Assembly: GCA_016934955.1 (NCBI GenBank)
Contig: JAFGRY010000049.1
Coordinates: 61,503-125,502 of the forward strand
DNA from: a bacterium
GTDB lineage: Bacteria; Zhuqueibacterota; QNDG01; JAGLOF01
Length of the DNA stretch: 64,000 nt
Direction of reading: 5' to 3'
In this document: positions 1-9,570 of the stretch, one piece after another
How positions within the stretch are numbered: position 1 is the stretch's first letter
Layout of the letters: each line of letters starts with the position of its first letter
Notes under the pieces: model-generated
Told to the model about the DNA's origin: nothing
The model's input: the letters and a program-made list of their open reading frames with translations, nothing else
The model's database searches: none
Translations under genes and position numbers: made by a program

Positions 1-1622
1 TCCAGACGTACTACGTCGGGGGCATGCAGGACTATCTCTGGAACCGCATGCAGAGGACCAATTTGTCCTATCTGATCTGGACCCATGCGCTCAATCCCAG
101 AACGTACTATGAAATCAGTTTTAACGATTTCTATTCCAATTATCATTACGCTACCCCTGATATGGAGGACCGGGACGGTGACGGCAATACGGAAGAGGAC
201 CTGGTCTGGGACATCAATAAAGACGGTCCCCATCCTATCTACCGCGAACAGGAGAGCAACTACTGGTGGGTGCGCGGCGATGATCCCGGATACCGCGATC
301 AGCAATCGTGGACAAGAAGCCTGCAGGCCGATCTGGTCACCCAGGCCACGGCGAACCATCTTCTCAAGACCGGACTTGAACTGTTTATAAACCGGACCAA
401 AACGGAAAATATCAGCTGGACCCTGAATCTGACATCCCTGCGGAAGGATATCTGGGATCAGCAGAATATGGATCTCGGCATATTCGTACAGGATAAGATC
501 GAGTTCGAGGGCATCAGCGCACTGGTCGGATTGCGATTCGACACCTTCAATCCCAACGGCTTCGATAACGCCGCCTATTTTCCCGGGGATTATCATTATC
601 CGTATGAGCAGGTCGATGAAAACGATGTGCCCGTCCTGCTTCATAAACAGAAGGCGAAGAGCAAGTATCAGCTGAGTCCGCGTCTCGGTATTTCCCATCC
701 CATTACCGACCGTGATATTCTCCATTTCACTTACGGGCACTATTTTCAGCGGCCCGACGCCTACTTCCTCTATCGCAATTACAAGATACAGTCACTCACA
801 AAAGTCGGCAATTTTGTGGGTAATCCAGATTTGAAGCCCGAAAAGACGGTTGCGTACGAAGTGGGGTATGAGCATCTCATCACCGATGATATAAAAGCCA
901 CGGTCACCGGATACTACAAAGACGTCACCAATCTCATGAACTGGCGGAAGTATGTGGCCCGCAGCATTCAGGACCGGGAGCTCAACGTCTACACCAACGC
1001 GGATTATGGCAACATCAAGGGATTGGAGTTTACCCTTACCCGGCGCATCGGCCGATACTGGGGCGCCCAGGCCAATTACACCTTTTCGGTCGCCAAGGGA
1101 AGGAGTTCCAGTTACAACGGCGGTTCCGGCTCTTTCACCGATGCAAAGAGAATGAATATTCTCGATCATGACCAGACACATACGGTGAATGCCAACCTGA
1201 CGCTGCAGACGCCTTCTGATTTCGGTCCGCGGCTGGGAAGCGTCAAACCGCTGGCAGACTGGATCATGAATGTCCAGTTCGAATACGGCAGCGGCCTGCC
1301 CTACTCCTCCTACGGCACCGGTAAAATCAATGACAAACGCATGCCCTGGACAAGCACTACCGATCTGAAGCTGATCAGAAAAATATCGGTGGCCAATTTG
1401 ACGTTTGAACTGTTCTTCGACGTATACAATCTGTTCGACCGGAAGAATGTCTGGTGGATCGGGAATACCCAGTACTACGATCAGGGTGATCCGAACGACC
1501 CGACGATCAAAGGTGATCCCTCTGTTGTGAGAAGGGACAATATCACCGGTGATTACGTCCGTAACCCGACGGTGTTTTCCTATGCCCGCCAGTTCCGTTT
1601 CGGCATGGCAGTGAAGCTGTAG
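1..1622 (+). CDS. TonB-dependent outer-membrane receptor, C-terminal beta-barrel portion (5' end lies outside the window)
   Basis: The in-frame ORF runs from the window edge to a stop at 1620-1622. Beta-barrel strand pattern (NPDLKPEKTVAYEVGYEH, alternating aromatic/hydrophilic residues) and a C-terminal ...FRFGMAVKL typical of TonB-dependent receptors. No start codon inside the window. Confidence 0.75.
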   Translation, partial: QTYYVGGMQDYLWNRMQRTNLSYLIWTHALNPRTYYEISFNDFYSNYHYATPDMEDRDGDGNTEEDLVWDINKDGPHPIYREQESNYWWVRGDDPGYRDQQSWTRSLQADLVTQATANHLLKTGLELFINRTKTENISWTLNLTSLRKDIWDQQNMDLGIFVQDKIEFEGISALVGLRFDTFNPNGFDNAAYFPGDYHYPYEQVDENDVPVLLHKQKAKSKYQLSPRLGISHPITDRDILHFTYGHYFQRPDAYFLYRNYKIQSLTKVGNFVGNPDLKPEKTVAYEVGYEHLITDDIKATVTGYYKDVTNLMNWRKYVARSIQDRELNVYTNADYGNIKGLEFTLTRRIGRYWGAQANYTFSVAKGRSSSYNGGSGSFTDAKRMNILDHDQTHTVNANLTLQTPSDFGPRLGSVKPLADWIMNVQFEYGSGLPYSSYGTGKINDKRMPWTSTTDLKLIRKISVANLTFELFFDVYNLFDRKNVWWIGNTQYYDQGDPNDPTIKGDPSVVRRDNITGDYVRNPTVFSYARQFRFGMAVKL

Positions 1623-1655
1623 TGCTCATCGTTCTTCCCTAGTAGGAGGTTTTAC

Positions 1656-3647
1656 ATGAAATCATTTAGAATAATTACACGCCGGGTATCCATCCTGCTG
1701 ATTGTCAATATGCTTGCCATACCGCTTTACAGTGCGGATCCGCCGGGTAAAAAAGTGAAGCAGGCGAAGGTAAGCCGGCAATCCGACGGTCCGATCGTTG
1801 AGACCAATGTCAAATGGCATAAAATCGGCACTCTCTGGCAGCGGCTCACAAATTACGGAAAACATGGCGACGACGCCTACGAAAACCGTACCCCTTCATG
1901 CGACTGGCCGGGGGGCTCTGGTAATTCCTATCTCTATAGAGGTTCACTGTGGCTCACTGCTGAAGTGGATGGCGAGTACCATTCCTCGATGGTCGAGGAT
2001 GCGGAATTCTCTCCTCTCGATTCAGTGCATGTCATCACCGGAGAAGATGCTGTTTCCGAGGAGGATACCTACACACGCTACTATGACGTCAAGGCTCCGG
2101 AAGCGAATGATCATACACCCCTGGGACTGGAAGTGACCGAGCGTACCTACGCCTGGAGTGAAAGCTTTCGCGATGATTTTATCATCTATGAATACACCAT
2201 CAAGAATGTAGGAATCGATACGGATGACGACGGGTATCCGGACATGCAGCGCGACCTGAATAATTTTTATTTCACGTTCCGTATGGACGGTGATGTGAGC
2301 AAGCTTCCCAACTGGGCCGCCGAGTCCAAGTTCTCCAACCAGGATGATCTCGGCTGCTGCAACGCGAACTGGGACTGGATCGATCTTTTCCCGATTTGGC
2401 AGGGCGTCGATCACGGTCTCTCCGATGCAGACGCCGACAGCTCCATGATGTTCATGTGGGATGGCGATAATCCCTACTATCCGGCCGATAACGGCGAAGA
2501 CGATGATACCGGAAATCCCGGCCCGGACGGCACGCTGCAGACACCCGGGTTCCTCGGGTACAGGATCCTGAAAACAGAACCCGCTTCTTTCAAAGTGAGC
2601 TCGTTTCATCAAAATCATATCTACAATGATCCCGCAACCGACAAGGAAGCGTACGAGCGGATGATGAAACCGGAAGTGTTTGAAGGGCCGGTTCTCCAGG
2701 CGGGCATTCCATTCCCGTACGATTACCGTGCCATTCTCTCCGTGGGGCCCCTGGCGACACTGGCGGCAGGTGATTCAGTCGTCGTTACAGCGGCAATCGG
2801 TGTGGGGTGCGATCCCGTGCATGGAAAGTTGGAGAGCCTCAAGGAACTCGTCCGGATAATGAATGTCGCCAAAACGCTCGTAGATGCCGACTATCAGCTG
2901 GAAAACCTGGCGGCGCCGGCTCCCGGACTCGAAGTTACCGAACACGTTGTCGAGGGAGTAGGGCAGGGAGTGGAAGTGATCTGGGACAATGTGCCGGAAC
3001 AGCACGGCAATTTCCAGGGGTACAGGGTATGGAAGAGCGCTGATAAAACCGCTTCAGGAGCGTTCGACTGGCAGCCGCTGGGCCTGGGTTCCTATTTTGA
3101 CACCACCGGCAGCGTCTCCTGGCCGCCTCCTTCGTCAGGGATTCCCGGGTATTACCGGATTATCGATACCGATGTGATAAACGGATTTGAATATCAATAT
3201 TCAGTGCAAACCGTCAGTTACGACGAGACATTCGGCACCATGGAGAGCAATGTGCTTACAAACCTCGTATCCATTTCTCCCGCGAACCCGGTGGCAACCG
3301 ACCTCGACAATATAAAAGTCGTTCCCAATCCGTATATCGGCAGCGCGGCCTGGAACAATCCGATCCCCAGCGATGCCGATGCCTGGGAACACCGGATCCA
3401 ATTCACCAATCTCCCTGCCGATGCTTCGATTAAAATATTCACGCTGGACGGCGATCTGGTTGATGAAATTGTCTCCGGCGAAATAGCCAAGAAGAGCACT
3501 TCATTCGTCAGCGAAGGCAGTGCCAGTGTCGCCGAGTGGGATCTGATAACGAGAAATGATCAGGATGCGGCACCGGGGATATATATCTATGTCGTTGAAT
3601 CCCCTTCCGCAGGGACCAAGGTCGGTAAATTCGTTATCGTTCGCTAA
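1656..3647 (+). CDS. Secreted protein of unknown function with an FN3-like module and a T9SS C-terminal sorting domain
   Basis: Strong RBS AGGAGG 7 nt upstream of ATG. N-terminal signal peptide (MKSFRIITRRVSILLIVNMLAIPLYSA). C-terminal ~90 aa (VVPNPYIG...IKIFTLDGDLV...GIYIYVVESPSAGTKVGKFVIVR) matches the T9SS type-A CTD pattern. 33-nt gap from the upstream TBDR. Confidence 0.7.
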   Translation: MKSFRIITRRVSILLIVNMLAIPLYSADPPGKKVKQAKVSRQSDGPIVETNVKWHKIGTLWQRLTNYGKHGDDAYENRTPSCDWPGGSGNSYLYRGSLWLTAEVDGEYHSSMVEDAEFSPLDSVHVITGEDAVSEEDTYTRYYDVKAPEANDHTPLGLEVTERTYAWSESFRDDFIIYEYTIKNVGIDTDDDGYPDMQRDLNNFYFTFRMDGDVSKLPNWAAESKFSNQDDLGCCNANWDWIDLFPIWQGVDHGLSDADADSSMMFMWDGDNPYYPADNGEDDDTGNPGPDGTLQTPGFLGYRILKTEPASFKVSSFHQNHIYNDPATDKEAYERMMKPEVFEGPVLQAGIPFPYDYRAILSVGPLATLAAGDSVVVTAAIGVGCDPVHGKLESLKELVRIMNVAKTLVDADYQLENLAAPAPGLEVTEHVVEGVGQGVEVIWDNVPEQHGNFQGYRVWKSADKTASGAFDWQPLGLGSYFDTTGSVSWPPPSSGIPGYYRIIDTDVINGFEYQYSVQTVSYDETFGTMESNVLTNLVSISPANPVATDLDNIKVVPNPYIGSAAWNNPIPSDADAWEHRIQFTNLPADASIKIFTLDGDLVDEIVSGEIAKKSTSFVSEGSASVAEWDLITRNDQDAAPGIYIYVVESPSAGTKVGKFVIVR

Positions 3648-3658
3648 AATCGAGGGAT

Positions 3659-4663
3659 ATGACAATGAATAAATACATACTTTATCTTGCAATTGTCGCT
3701 GCACTGCTGGCCGCCAATCCTCTATATACCCAGGATTTCGCTCCGGTCGGCACTGCCGTTGCCCAGTTTCTTGAAATCGGCACGGGCGCCCGGGGTACGA
3801 GTATGGGAGAGGCGTTCACCGCTATTCCCAGCAATCCCGATGCCGGCTCGGTGTTCTGGAATCCGGCCGGGCTCGCCGATATCCGGAAGCGGAACCTGTA
3901 TACGTCATATACCAAATGGCCGGCGGATATATCCATTGGAAGCATTGCCTTTGCCCTGAACAGCGGCAATACCGGCACCTTTGCCGTCAGCGCCGTCTAT
4001 CTCATGACCGATGACATGGAAATTACCACGCTTCAGCAGCCTGAAGGGACCGGGGAGATGTTCAGCATTTCCAATTATGCGCTGGGATTATCCTATGCCC
4101 GTCGTCTCACCGACAGGTTTTCCTTCGGCATATCCGCCAAACTTGTGCACGAACAGTACCTGTCCTACGGTTACTCGACCTGGGCCATGGATATCGGCAC
4201 CCTCTACAGCACCGGGTTCCATGGACTGAAAATCGGCATGTCCATACTTCACTTTGCGCCGGAAGTGCAATTCAACGGAAAATATATCGATTACAGTGAT
4301 CCCCTTTCGATCGATGCCGATAAACCGAAAACGTTCGAAACCTATTCTCTGCCGATTAATTTCCGTTTCGGCATCAGTCTGGACCTACTGCGCAATGGAT
4401 ACCATTCTCTTGTCCTGGCCGCGGATATGGTTCATCCCAATAACAATCTTGAACAGTACAATACAGGTATGGAATACTGTTTCGACAACCGGTTCTTTCT
4501 GCGGGCCGGATATCAGCTCGATGACAATGAAGGAGGGGTGGCCGTCGGCGCGGGCACTATGCTTGCCGTTCCCGGCAACAGGACACTCGCTCTTGACTAC
4601 GCCTTTGCGGATAAAGGAATCCTGACATCGGCGCACCGGGTTTCATTTTCCTTCTTCTTCTAA
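3659..4663 (+). CDS. PorV/PorQ-family outer-membrane beta-barrel protein (T9SS shuttle-like)
   Basis: Signal peptide. N-terminal motif FAPVGTAVAQFLEIGTGARGTSMGEAFTAIPSNPDAGSVFWNPAGLADI is the hallmark PorV/PorQ (LptO) family signature. C-terminus ends in aromatic FFF as in OM barrels. 11 nt from the upstream gene and 9 nt to the downstream gene. Confidence 0.7.
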   Translation: MTMNKYILYLAIVAALLAANPLYTQDFAPVGTAVAQFLEIGTGARGTSMGEAFTAIPSNPDAGSVFWNPAGLADIRKRNLYTSYTKWPADISIGSIAFALNSGNTGTFAVSAVYLMTDDMEITTLQQPEGTGEMFSISNYALGLSYARRLTDRFSFGISAKLVHEQYLSYGYSTWAMDIGTLYSTGFHGLKIGMSILHFAPEVQFNGKYIDYSDPLSIDADKPKTFETYSLPINFRFGISLDLLRNGYHSLVLAADMVHPNNNLEQYNTGMEYCFDNRFFLRAGYQLDDNEGGVAVGAGTMLAVPGNRTLALDYAFADKGILTSAHRVSFSFFF

Positions 4664-4672
4664 CAGGCGGTC

Positions 4673-5998
4673 ATGGCGGCACAGCTGAAAAAACTTATTC
4701 ACAGAAGTGTTTTCTGTATTCTTTTCTGGGTGAACGGCGGCGGCGCGCAAACCGTCGCTTTGCGGCCGGAAATACAGTCCATGGTCGAGCTGGTCTCGGC
4801 TGACAGTCTGCACCGGCACGTCGAGATTCTCAGCCGGGCCGGAGGCTACGAGAGCCGGATCACGTTCACGAACGGCAACTACGCCGCAGCAGCGTATATC
4901 GCCGGCTGTTTCGAATCGATGCCCGGAATGACCCGGGTGGTGAGAGATACATTTTTTATCAATAGCGCGAACAGTCCCTGGAATGCGTATCCTATCATCA
5001 ATATTATCGGGATTAAAGAAGGTGATAGTGCTTCGGAGCAGATAATTCTCCTGGGCGGGCATTATGACAGCTCCTGCAGCCATGAATCCGATTACGGCAA
5101 TCAATGGAATACACGCAAGGCGCGGGGTGCGGACGACAATGCCTCGGGAGTTGCCGCGACGCTGGAGATTGCCCGGCTGCTCTGCGATCCTTCCAGCGGA
5201 TATCGTAATGAAGCGACACTGAAATTTATCGCGTTCGCCTCGGAGGAGAGTCATCCTGAGATCCCGAATATCAGCCATGCAGGCAGTTTATATGACGCCT
5301 ATCATATGAAAAACGGCAACGAACAGCTTTCCGCCGCTCTTATCCTGGATATGATCGCGTATAATCACGTGACGGATTATATCGAAGTGATCTCCAATGA
5401 CGCCTCCCTCGATCTGGCGAACCGGACACGCCTGGCCCGCGATCTCTATGTACCCGGGCTGACGATGAATAGCGGTCCGATAGACGTGCCGTACAGTGAT
5501 CACGAATCCTATCGGATATACGGCTTTCAATCCGCTCTTTTAATGGAGAACGACAGACCCTGGAACAACGATTCTCCCTGGTATGAGCTGAATCCCTATT
5601 ATCACTCGAGCAGCGACAGCCTCGGCACACTGAATTTTACCCTGATGAAAAAAGTGACCCAGACAGCCCTGGCCACCGTGGCGGAACTCGCGGCGCCGGA
5701 ATCTTCTCCATCCGTCACCGAGATGAATGCTGAGTCTCACGGGGAAGCATATGGTGCTTATCCCAATCCCTTCAATGCCCGGACAACGATCCGGGTTGAT
5801 CTCGAAACAGCCGCTTTTGTGAACGTTGCTATCTTCAATTCACGGGGGCAGGAGGTTGCCGCTGTGTGGGACGGGAGACTCGACAAGGGACCGCACGATC
5901 TGCCCTGGAACGCGGACCGGATGCCTGCGGGTCTGTACTTCTGCAGGATCATCTCAGGGGTCCGGAACGTCGTGTTGAAACTCGCACTTGTAAAGTAA
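4673..5998 (+). CDS. M28-family zinc aminopeptidase with T9SS C-terminal sorting domain
   Basis: Signal peptide. M28 motifs GGHYDS, DDNASGVAATLEIARLL and FIAFASEE (metal ligands). C-terminal GAYPNPFNARTTIRVDL...GLYFCRIISGVRNVVLKLALVK is a T9SS CTD. Confidence 0.85.
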   Translation: MAAQLKKLIHRSVFCILFWVNGGGAQTVALRPEIQSMVELVSADSLHRHVEILSRAGGYESRITFTNGNYAAAAYIAGCFESMPGMTRVVRDTFFINSANSPWNAYPIINIIGIKEGDSASEQIILLGGHYDSSCSHESDYGNQWNTRKARGADDNASGVAATLEIARLLCDPSSGYRNEATLKFIAFASEESHPEIPNISHAGSLYDAYHMKNGNEQLSAALILDMIAYNHVTDYIEVISNDASLDLANRTRLARDLYVPGLTMNSGPIDVPYSDHESYRIYGFQSALLMENDRPWNNDSPWYELNPYYHSSSDSLGTLNFTLMKKVTQTALATVAELAAPESSPSVTEMNAESHGEAYGAYPNPFNARTTIRVDLETAAFVNVAIFNSRGQEVAAVWDGRLDKGPHDLPWNADRMPAGLYFCRIISGVRNVVLKLALVK

Positions 5999-6077
5999 AT
6001 GACTAGATAAAAACAAGGAGGGCGCATACGTTAAAACCGTGGTATCGAAACGACCATCTAACCGAAGGGAGAACAAC

Positions 6078-7751
6078 ATGAAAAGAAACGTTACTATCAT
6101 TGCAGCGGCGATGCTCTGCCTGTTCGTTTTCGCCGGTCTGCAGGCACAGACCTTTACACGTTCACTTGTCATTCCGCCTCCTGAACCAACGCTGAACAAC
6201 GGCGGAATCGGTGATATGATCGCCGGTGTCGATCTGGACAACGACGGTCTGCTCGAGATCTACCTGGTGAACGACAACTGGAACGACACTCCCAGTGAAG
6301 TGATTCCCCGTATCTACAAACTGGAACAGACAGCTGCAGACAACTATACCGACTGGCCCATTGTCTGGCAGGGCGCTCCGCCGGTAGCAATGCAGAACAC
6401 CTGGCCGCCCCTGGCGGTCGCCGACCTCGATGGCGACGGCAAACAGGAGATCGTCTGGGGCATCGTCAATAACACGGGAGTCGAGGCCAATCCCTACCGG
6501 ATCGTTGTCTATGAAGTGGCCGGCGACGGATCCGACAATCTCGGTGTCGATGTGGGCGGCGGTGTCTTCGGCCCCAATGCCAAGTGGACGATCACCGATC
6601 AGGATGGAATGAATATTCGTACATCGGATATCGATATCGCCGATCCGGACGGCGATGGTGTCGCTGAAATTTGTTTTTCCGACCGGACCGGCAACACAGA
6701 CGGTGTTTACTTCGGCGTTATTTCCGTTGACGATATTCCTGACAACGGGGACGGATCCGAAACCTGGACCATGGAGGTCAGCGGCTGGGACTACGGCGAT
6801 CTGGCCTCCGAACCCATCGAAAACAAATGGGATGTGTCAGTGATCGGCCACAATATGTACACCTTTTGTGAGGTCGAAATCTCCAAGCTTGCCTGGGACG
6901 GCGCCGCCTGGTCCTATACCGCCCTGAATCCGCTGGCCGGCGGCAGCACATTTCTCTCTTCCCAGGTGGCCGATCTTGACTTTGACGGCACCGAAGAAAT
7001 TATCGCCGGCGTGTACGACTGGGGTGATGATGCGCAGAAGGGGATCGTTCTTCTTCAGGAAGACGGCGACGACCTGGTGCATACACCGCTGGTAAATGTG
7101 TTGAGTTATTTTCCCGGTGGATCCCGCGGCCTGCTGGGAAGCGCCCAGGGCGATATCGACAATGACGGCTATCTCGATTTTATTTTCGGAGCAAGAGCCG
7201 CGACACCGAACGGCGCTATTTTTATGCTTTCCTATAAAGGGGGAGACATCACCGATCCAGCCAGTTATACATTTGCCGTAATCGACTCGAATTATGCCGA
7301 GGATGGTATCTGGAACGTCGTCCAGGTCGCCAATGTCGATGGTGATGATGAACTGGAAGTGCTCTACACTTCGAGCACCGATGCCGGTGTCTTCCCGAAC
7401 AAAGGCACGCAGGGCGTTATCGTACTTGATTACAATCCCGGTACCGGAGTATTCGACAAGCGTGTCCTTGTCCTCGGATACAGCCTGAACCAGAATTATC
7501 CGAATCCGTTCAACCCGACCACGACCATCTCCTACACGATCCCCGCGAATGAATTCGTCACCCTGAAGATTTATAATATTATGGGTCAGGAGATAAAGAC
7601 GCTGGTGAACGGTATACAGCCCGCAGGTGTCAATGAAGTACAGTGGGACGGAACGAATGATTTGGAACAGCAGGTTGCTTCCGGCACCTATATCACCTGG
7701 ATGAATGCCGGAAACCAGATAAAAACGAGAACCATCACTCTGATGAAGTGA
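6078..7751 (+). CDS. FG-GAP/VCBS repeat protein with T9SS C-terminal sorting domain
   Basis: Start chosen at the ATG after RBS AAGGGAGAA (MKRNVTIIAAAMLCLFVFAGLQAQT signal peptide); the track ORF begins 39 nt earlier without an RBS. Repeated DxDxDGxxE calcium-binding FG-GAP motifs (DLDNDGLLEIY, DLDGDGKQEIVW, DPDGDGVAEICF, DLDFDGTEEII, DIDNDGYLDFIF, NVDGDDELEVLY). C-terminal NQNYPNPFNPTTTISYTIP...TITLMK is a T9SS CTD. Confidence 0.85.
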   Translation: MKRNVTIIAAAMLCLFVFAGLQAQTFTRSLVIPPPEPTLNNGGIGDMIAGVDLDNDGLLEIYLVNDNWNDTPSEVIPRIYKLEQTAADNYTDWPIVWQGAPPVAMQNTWPPLAVADLDGDGKQEIVWGIVNNTGVEANPYRIVVYEVAGDGSDNLGVDVGGGVFGPNAKWTITDQDGMNIRTSDIDIADPDGDGVAEICFSDRTGNTDGVYFGVISVDDIPDNGDGSETWTMEVSGWDYGDLASEPIENKWDVSVIGHNMYTFCEVEISKLAWDGAAWSYTALNPLAGGSTFLSSQVADLDFDGTEEIIAGVYDWGDDAQKGIVLLQEDGDDLVHTPLVNVLSYFPGGSRGLLGSAQGDIDNDGYLDFIFGARAATPNGAIFMLSYKGGDITDPASYTFAVIDSNYAEDGIWNVVQVANVDGDDELEVLYTSSTDAGVFPNKGTQGVIVLDYNPGTGVFDKRVLVLGYSLNQNYPNPFNPTTTISYTIPANEFVTLKIYNIMGQEIKTLVNGIQPAGVNEVQWDGTNDLEQQVASGTYITWMNAGNQIKTRTITLMK

Positions 7752-7783
7752 TCCTCCAGGAATGACCGGAGCTTCCTTCGCAA

Positions 7784-7816
7784 CCCCGGTGGCCGGAGCG
7801 CCACCGGGGTTTTTTC
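7784..7816 (+). terminator. Rho-independent terminator after the T9SS cargo operon
   Basis: CCCCGGTGG-ccggagcg-CCACCGGGG hairpin followed by TTTTTT, immediately after the stop at 7751. Confidence 0.8.
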
Positions 7817-7998
7817 TATGATCATCATCTGTTCAGAGTGGAACGGGATGTAACCGATCTTTCCGGGAAAGTCTTTAGTATCTGCATGACAATTAGTCGA
7901 AAAGATCTTGATCCGCAGTGAGATACGGAATGTGTCTGTTTCTCCGGTAATCCGGCATGTGTAAAACATTCACCAAAGCAGCGTTTGACAGATCCTGC

Positions 7999-8027
7999 TT
8001 GACAAGCGGGAGATATTTTCATACCAT
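7999..8027 (+). promoter_or_regulatory. Sigma70-like promoter (TTGACA-N17-TACCAT) for the Gfo/Idh/MocA-glycan locus
   Basis: TTGACA at 7999-8004, 17-nt spacer, TACCAT at 8022-8027, leaving a ~150-nt 5' leader before the ATG at 8181. The same TTGACx-N17-TAnnnT architecture recurs at 37130, 40150 and 62690 (minus). Confidence 0.45.
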
Positions 8028-8180
8028 ACCATCAGAGGCTTTTACTGCAGTCCGGAAGTGCACTTTATTGAGCAGAGTGCCATATCACTGAACCTACTGA
8101 ATCCGTGAAAACGGCAGCGGTGCAATATCCCGGGGCAGACGCCTGACCAATCCGCAACAGATTACGGGAGTGGAAAGATT

Positions 8181-9473
8181 ATGAACAGAAGAGATTTCTT
8201 AAAGGACACCACTGCGTTCGCTTCGGTGGCCATTCTGCCGTCGTCGGCATGGAAACGGGTGAAACACACCCCCCTCCGGACAGCTCATATCGGTGTGGGG
8301 GGGATGATGGGAGCGGCGGACTTGAAGAGTTTTTCATCTCATCCGCTAGTTCAGGTGACAGCTTTATGTGATGTAGATACGACATTTCTGGCAGCAGCCA
8401 AAGCGTTGTATCCAAAGGCGAACGTGTTCAGGGATTATCGTAAAATGCTCGATTCCATTGGCAAAGAAATCGATGCCGTCTGTGTCTGCACCCCCGACCA
8501 CACCCACGCCCCGGCCTCGCTAATGGCCATGGAGATGGGCAAGCCGGTGTACTGCCAGAAACCCCTGACCCACCATGTCTCTGAAGCACGGGCCATGAAA
8601 AAACTGGCAGCGGATAAAAAGCTGGTTACCCAGATGGGGATTCAGTGCCATTCCAGTGATATGTACCGGCAGGCTGTCACTCTTATTCAGAACGGGCTTA
8701 TCGGCAAAGTGAGCTGCGTGAGAGCGTGGTCGCCGAAGAACTGGGGCTATGACGGTCCGGCACCGACGGGCAGTGATCCTGTCCCGGAAACGCTTGACTG
8801 GAACCTCTGGGTGGGCACTTCCCCTGAACGGCCGTACAAGCAAGGATTCTATCATCCCTATAACTGGAGAAAACTGCTCGATTACGGATGCGGCACTCTG
8901 GGAGACATGGGCGTTCATATTTTCGATACTCCCTATACCGCCTGCGGGCTGACAGTGCCCAATACCGTTAAAACCAGCTGCAGAGAGCCCAATGGATTCA
9001 GCCATCCGGAGCATAATGTCGTTGAATACGAGTTTCCGAAAACCAAATACACCACCGATAATTTTAAATGGATCTGGTATGACGGCGAAGGTGCACCGCC
9101 GGCTCATCCCGATCTGAAACTGCCGGATGATGAGCCCCTTCCCGAGCAGGGAGCCATGTTCGTGGGAGAAAAGGGAAATCTGCTGCTGCCGCACTGGGAT
9201 TTCCCCAGGCTGATTGTTGGGAATACATTCGAACCCATCGATTTCCCGGAGATTGAACCGCAGGATCATTATCACCAGTTTGTCGATGCCTGTATGGGCA
9301 GGGACACATGCAGTGCTTCCTTTGACTATGCAGCCAATCTGACCGAGGCGATTCTGCTGGGCGTGATTGCCAACCGCTTCCCGAATGAAACTCTGCACTG
9401 GGATATCGCTTCAGGCACATTTGTCGAGTCGAAAGCGAATGAACTGCTTGACTTCAGGTACCGGAAATTTTAA
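8181..9473 (+). CDS. Tat-exported Gfo/Idh/MocA-family NAD-binding oxidoreductase (GH109-like fold)
   Basis: Twin-arginine signal MNRRDFLKDTTAFASVAILPSSA. Rossmann N-terminus (RTAHIGVGGMMG) and Gfo/Idh/MocA core (DAVCVCTPDHTHAP, EKPLT). Confidence 0.75.
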   Translation: MNRRDFLKDTTAFASVAILPSSAWKRVKHTPLRTAHIGVGGMMGAADLKSFSSHPLVQVTALCDVDTTFLAAAKALYPKANVFRDYRKMLDSIGKEIDAVCVCTPDHTHAPASLMAMEMGKPVYCQKPLTHHVSEARAMKKLAADKKLVTQMGIQCHSSDMYRQAVTLIQNGLIGKVSCVRAWSPKNWGYDGPAPTGSDPVPETLDWNLWVGTSPERPYKQGFYHPYNWRKLLDYGCGTLGDMGVHIFDTPYTACGLTVPNTVKTSCREPNGFSHPEHNVVEYEFPKTKYTTDNFKWIWYDGEGAPPAHPDLKLPDDEPLPEQGAMFVGEKGNLLLPHWDFPRLIVGNTFEPIDFPEIEPQDHYHQFVDACMGRDTCSASFDYAANLTEAILLGVIANRFPNETLHWDIASGTFVESKANELLDFRYRKF

Positions 9474-9570
9474 CTCCCGACAGCGTGAGAGTGTATAGAA
9501 CACCCTGACCTGGAGGTCCGCAATACTGATACATTCGCTGCTTGAAAACATTCTTTACAGCAGAAGGGGC

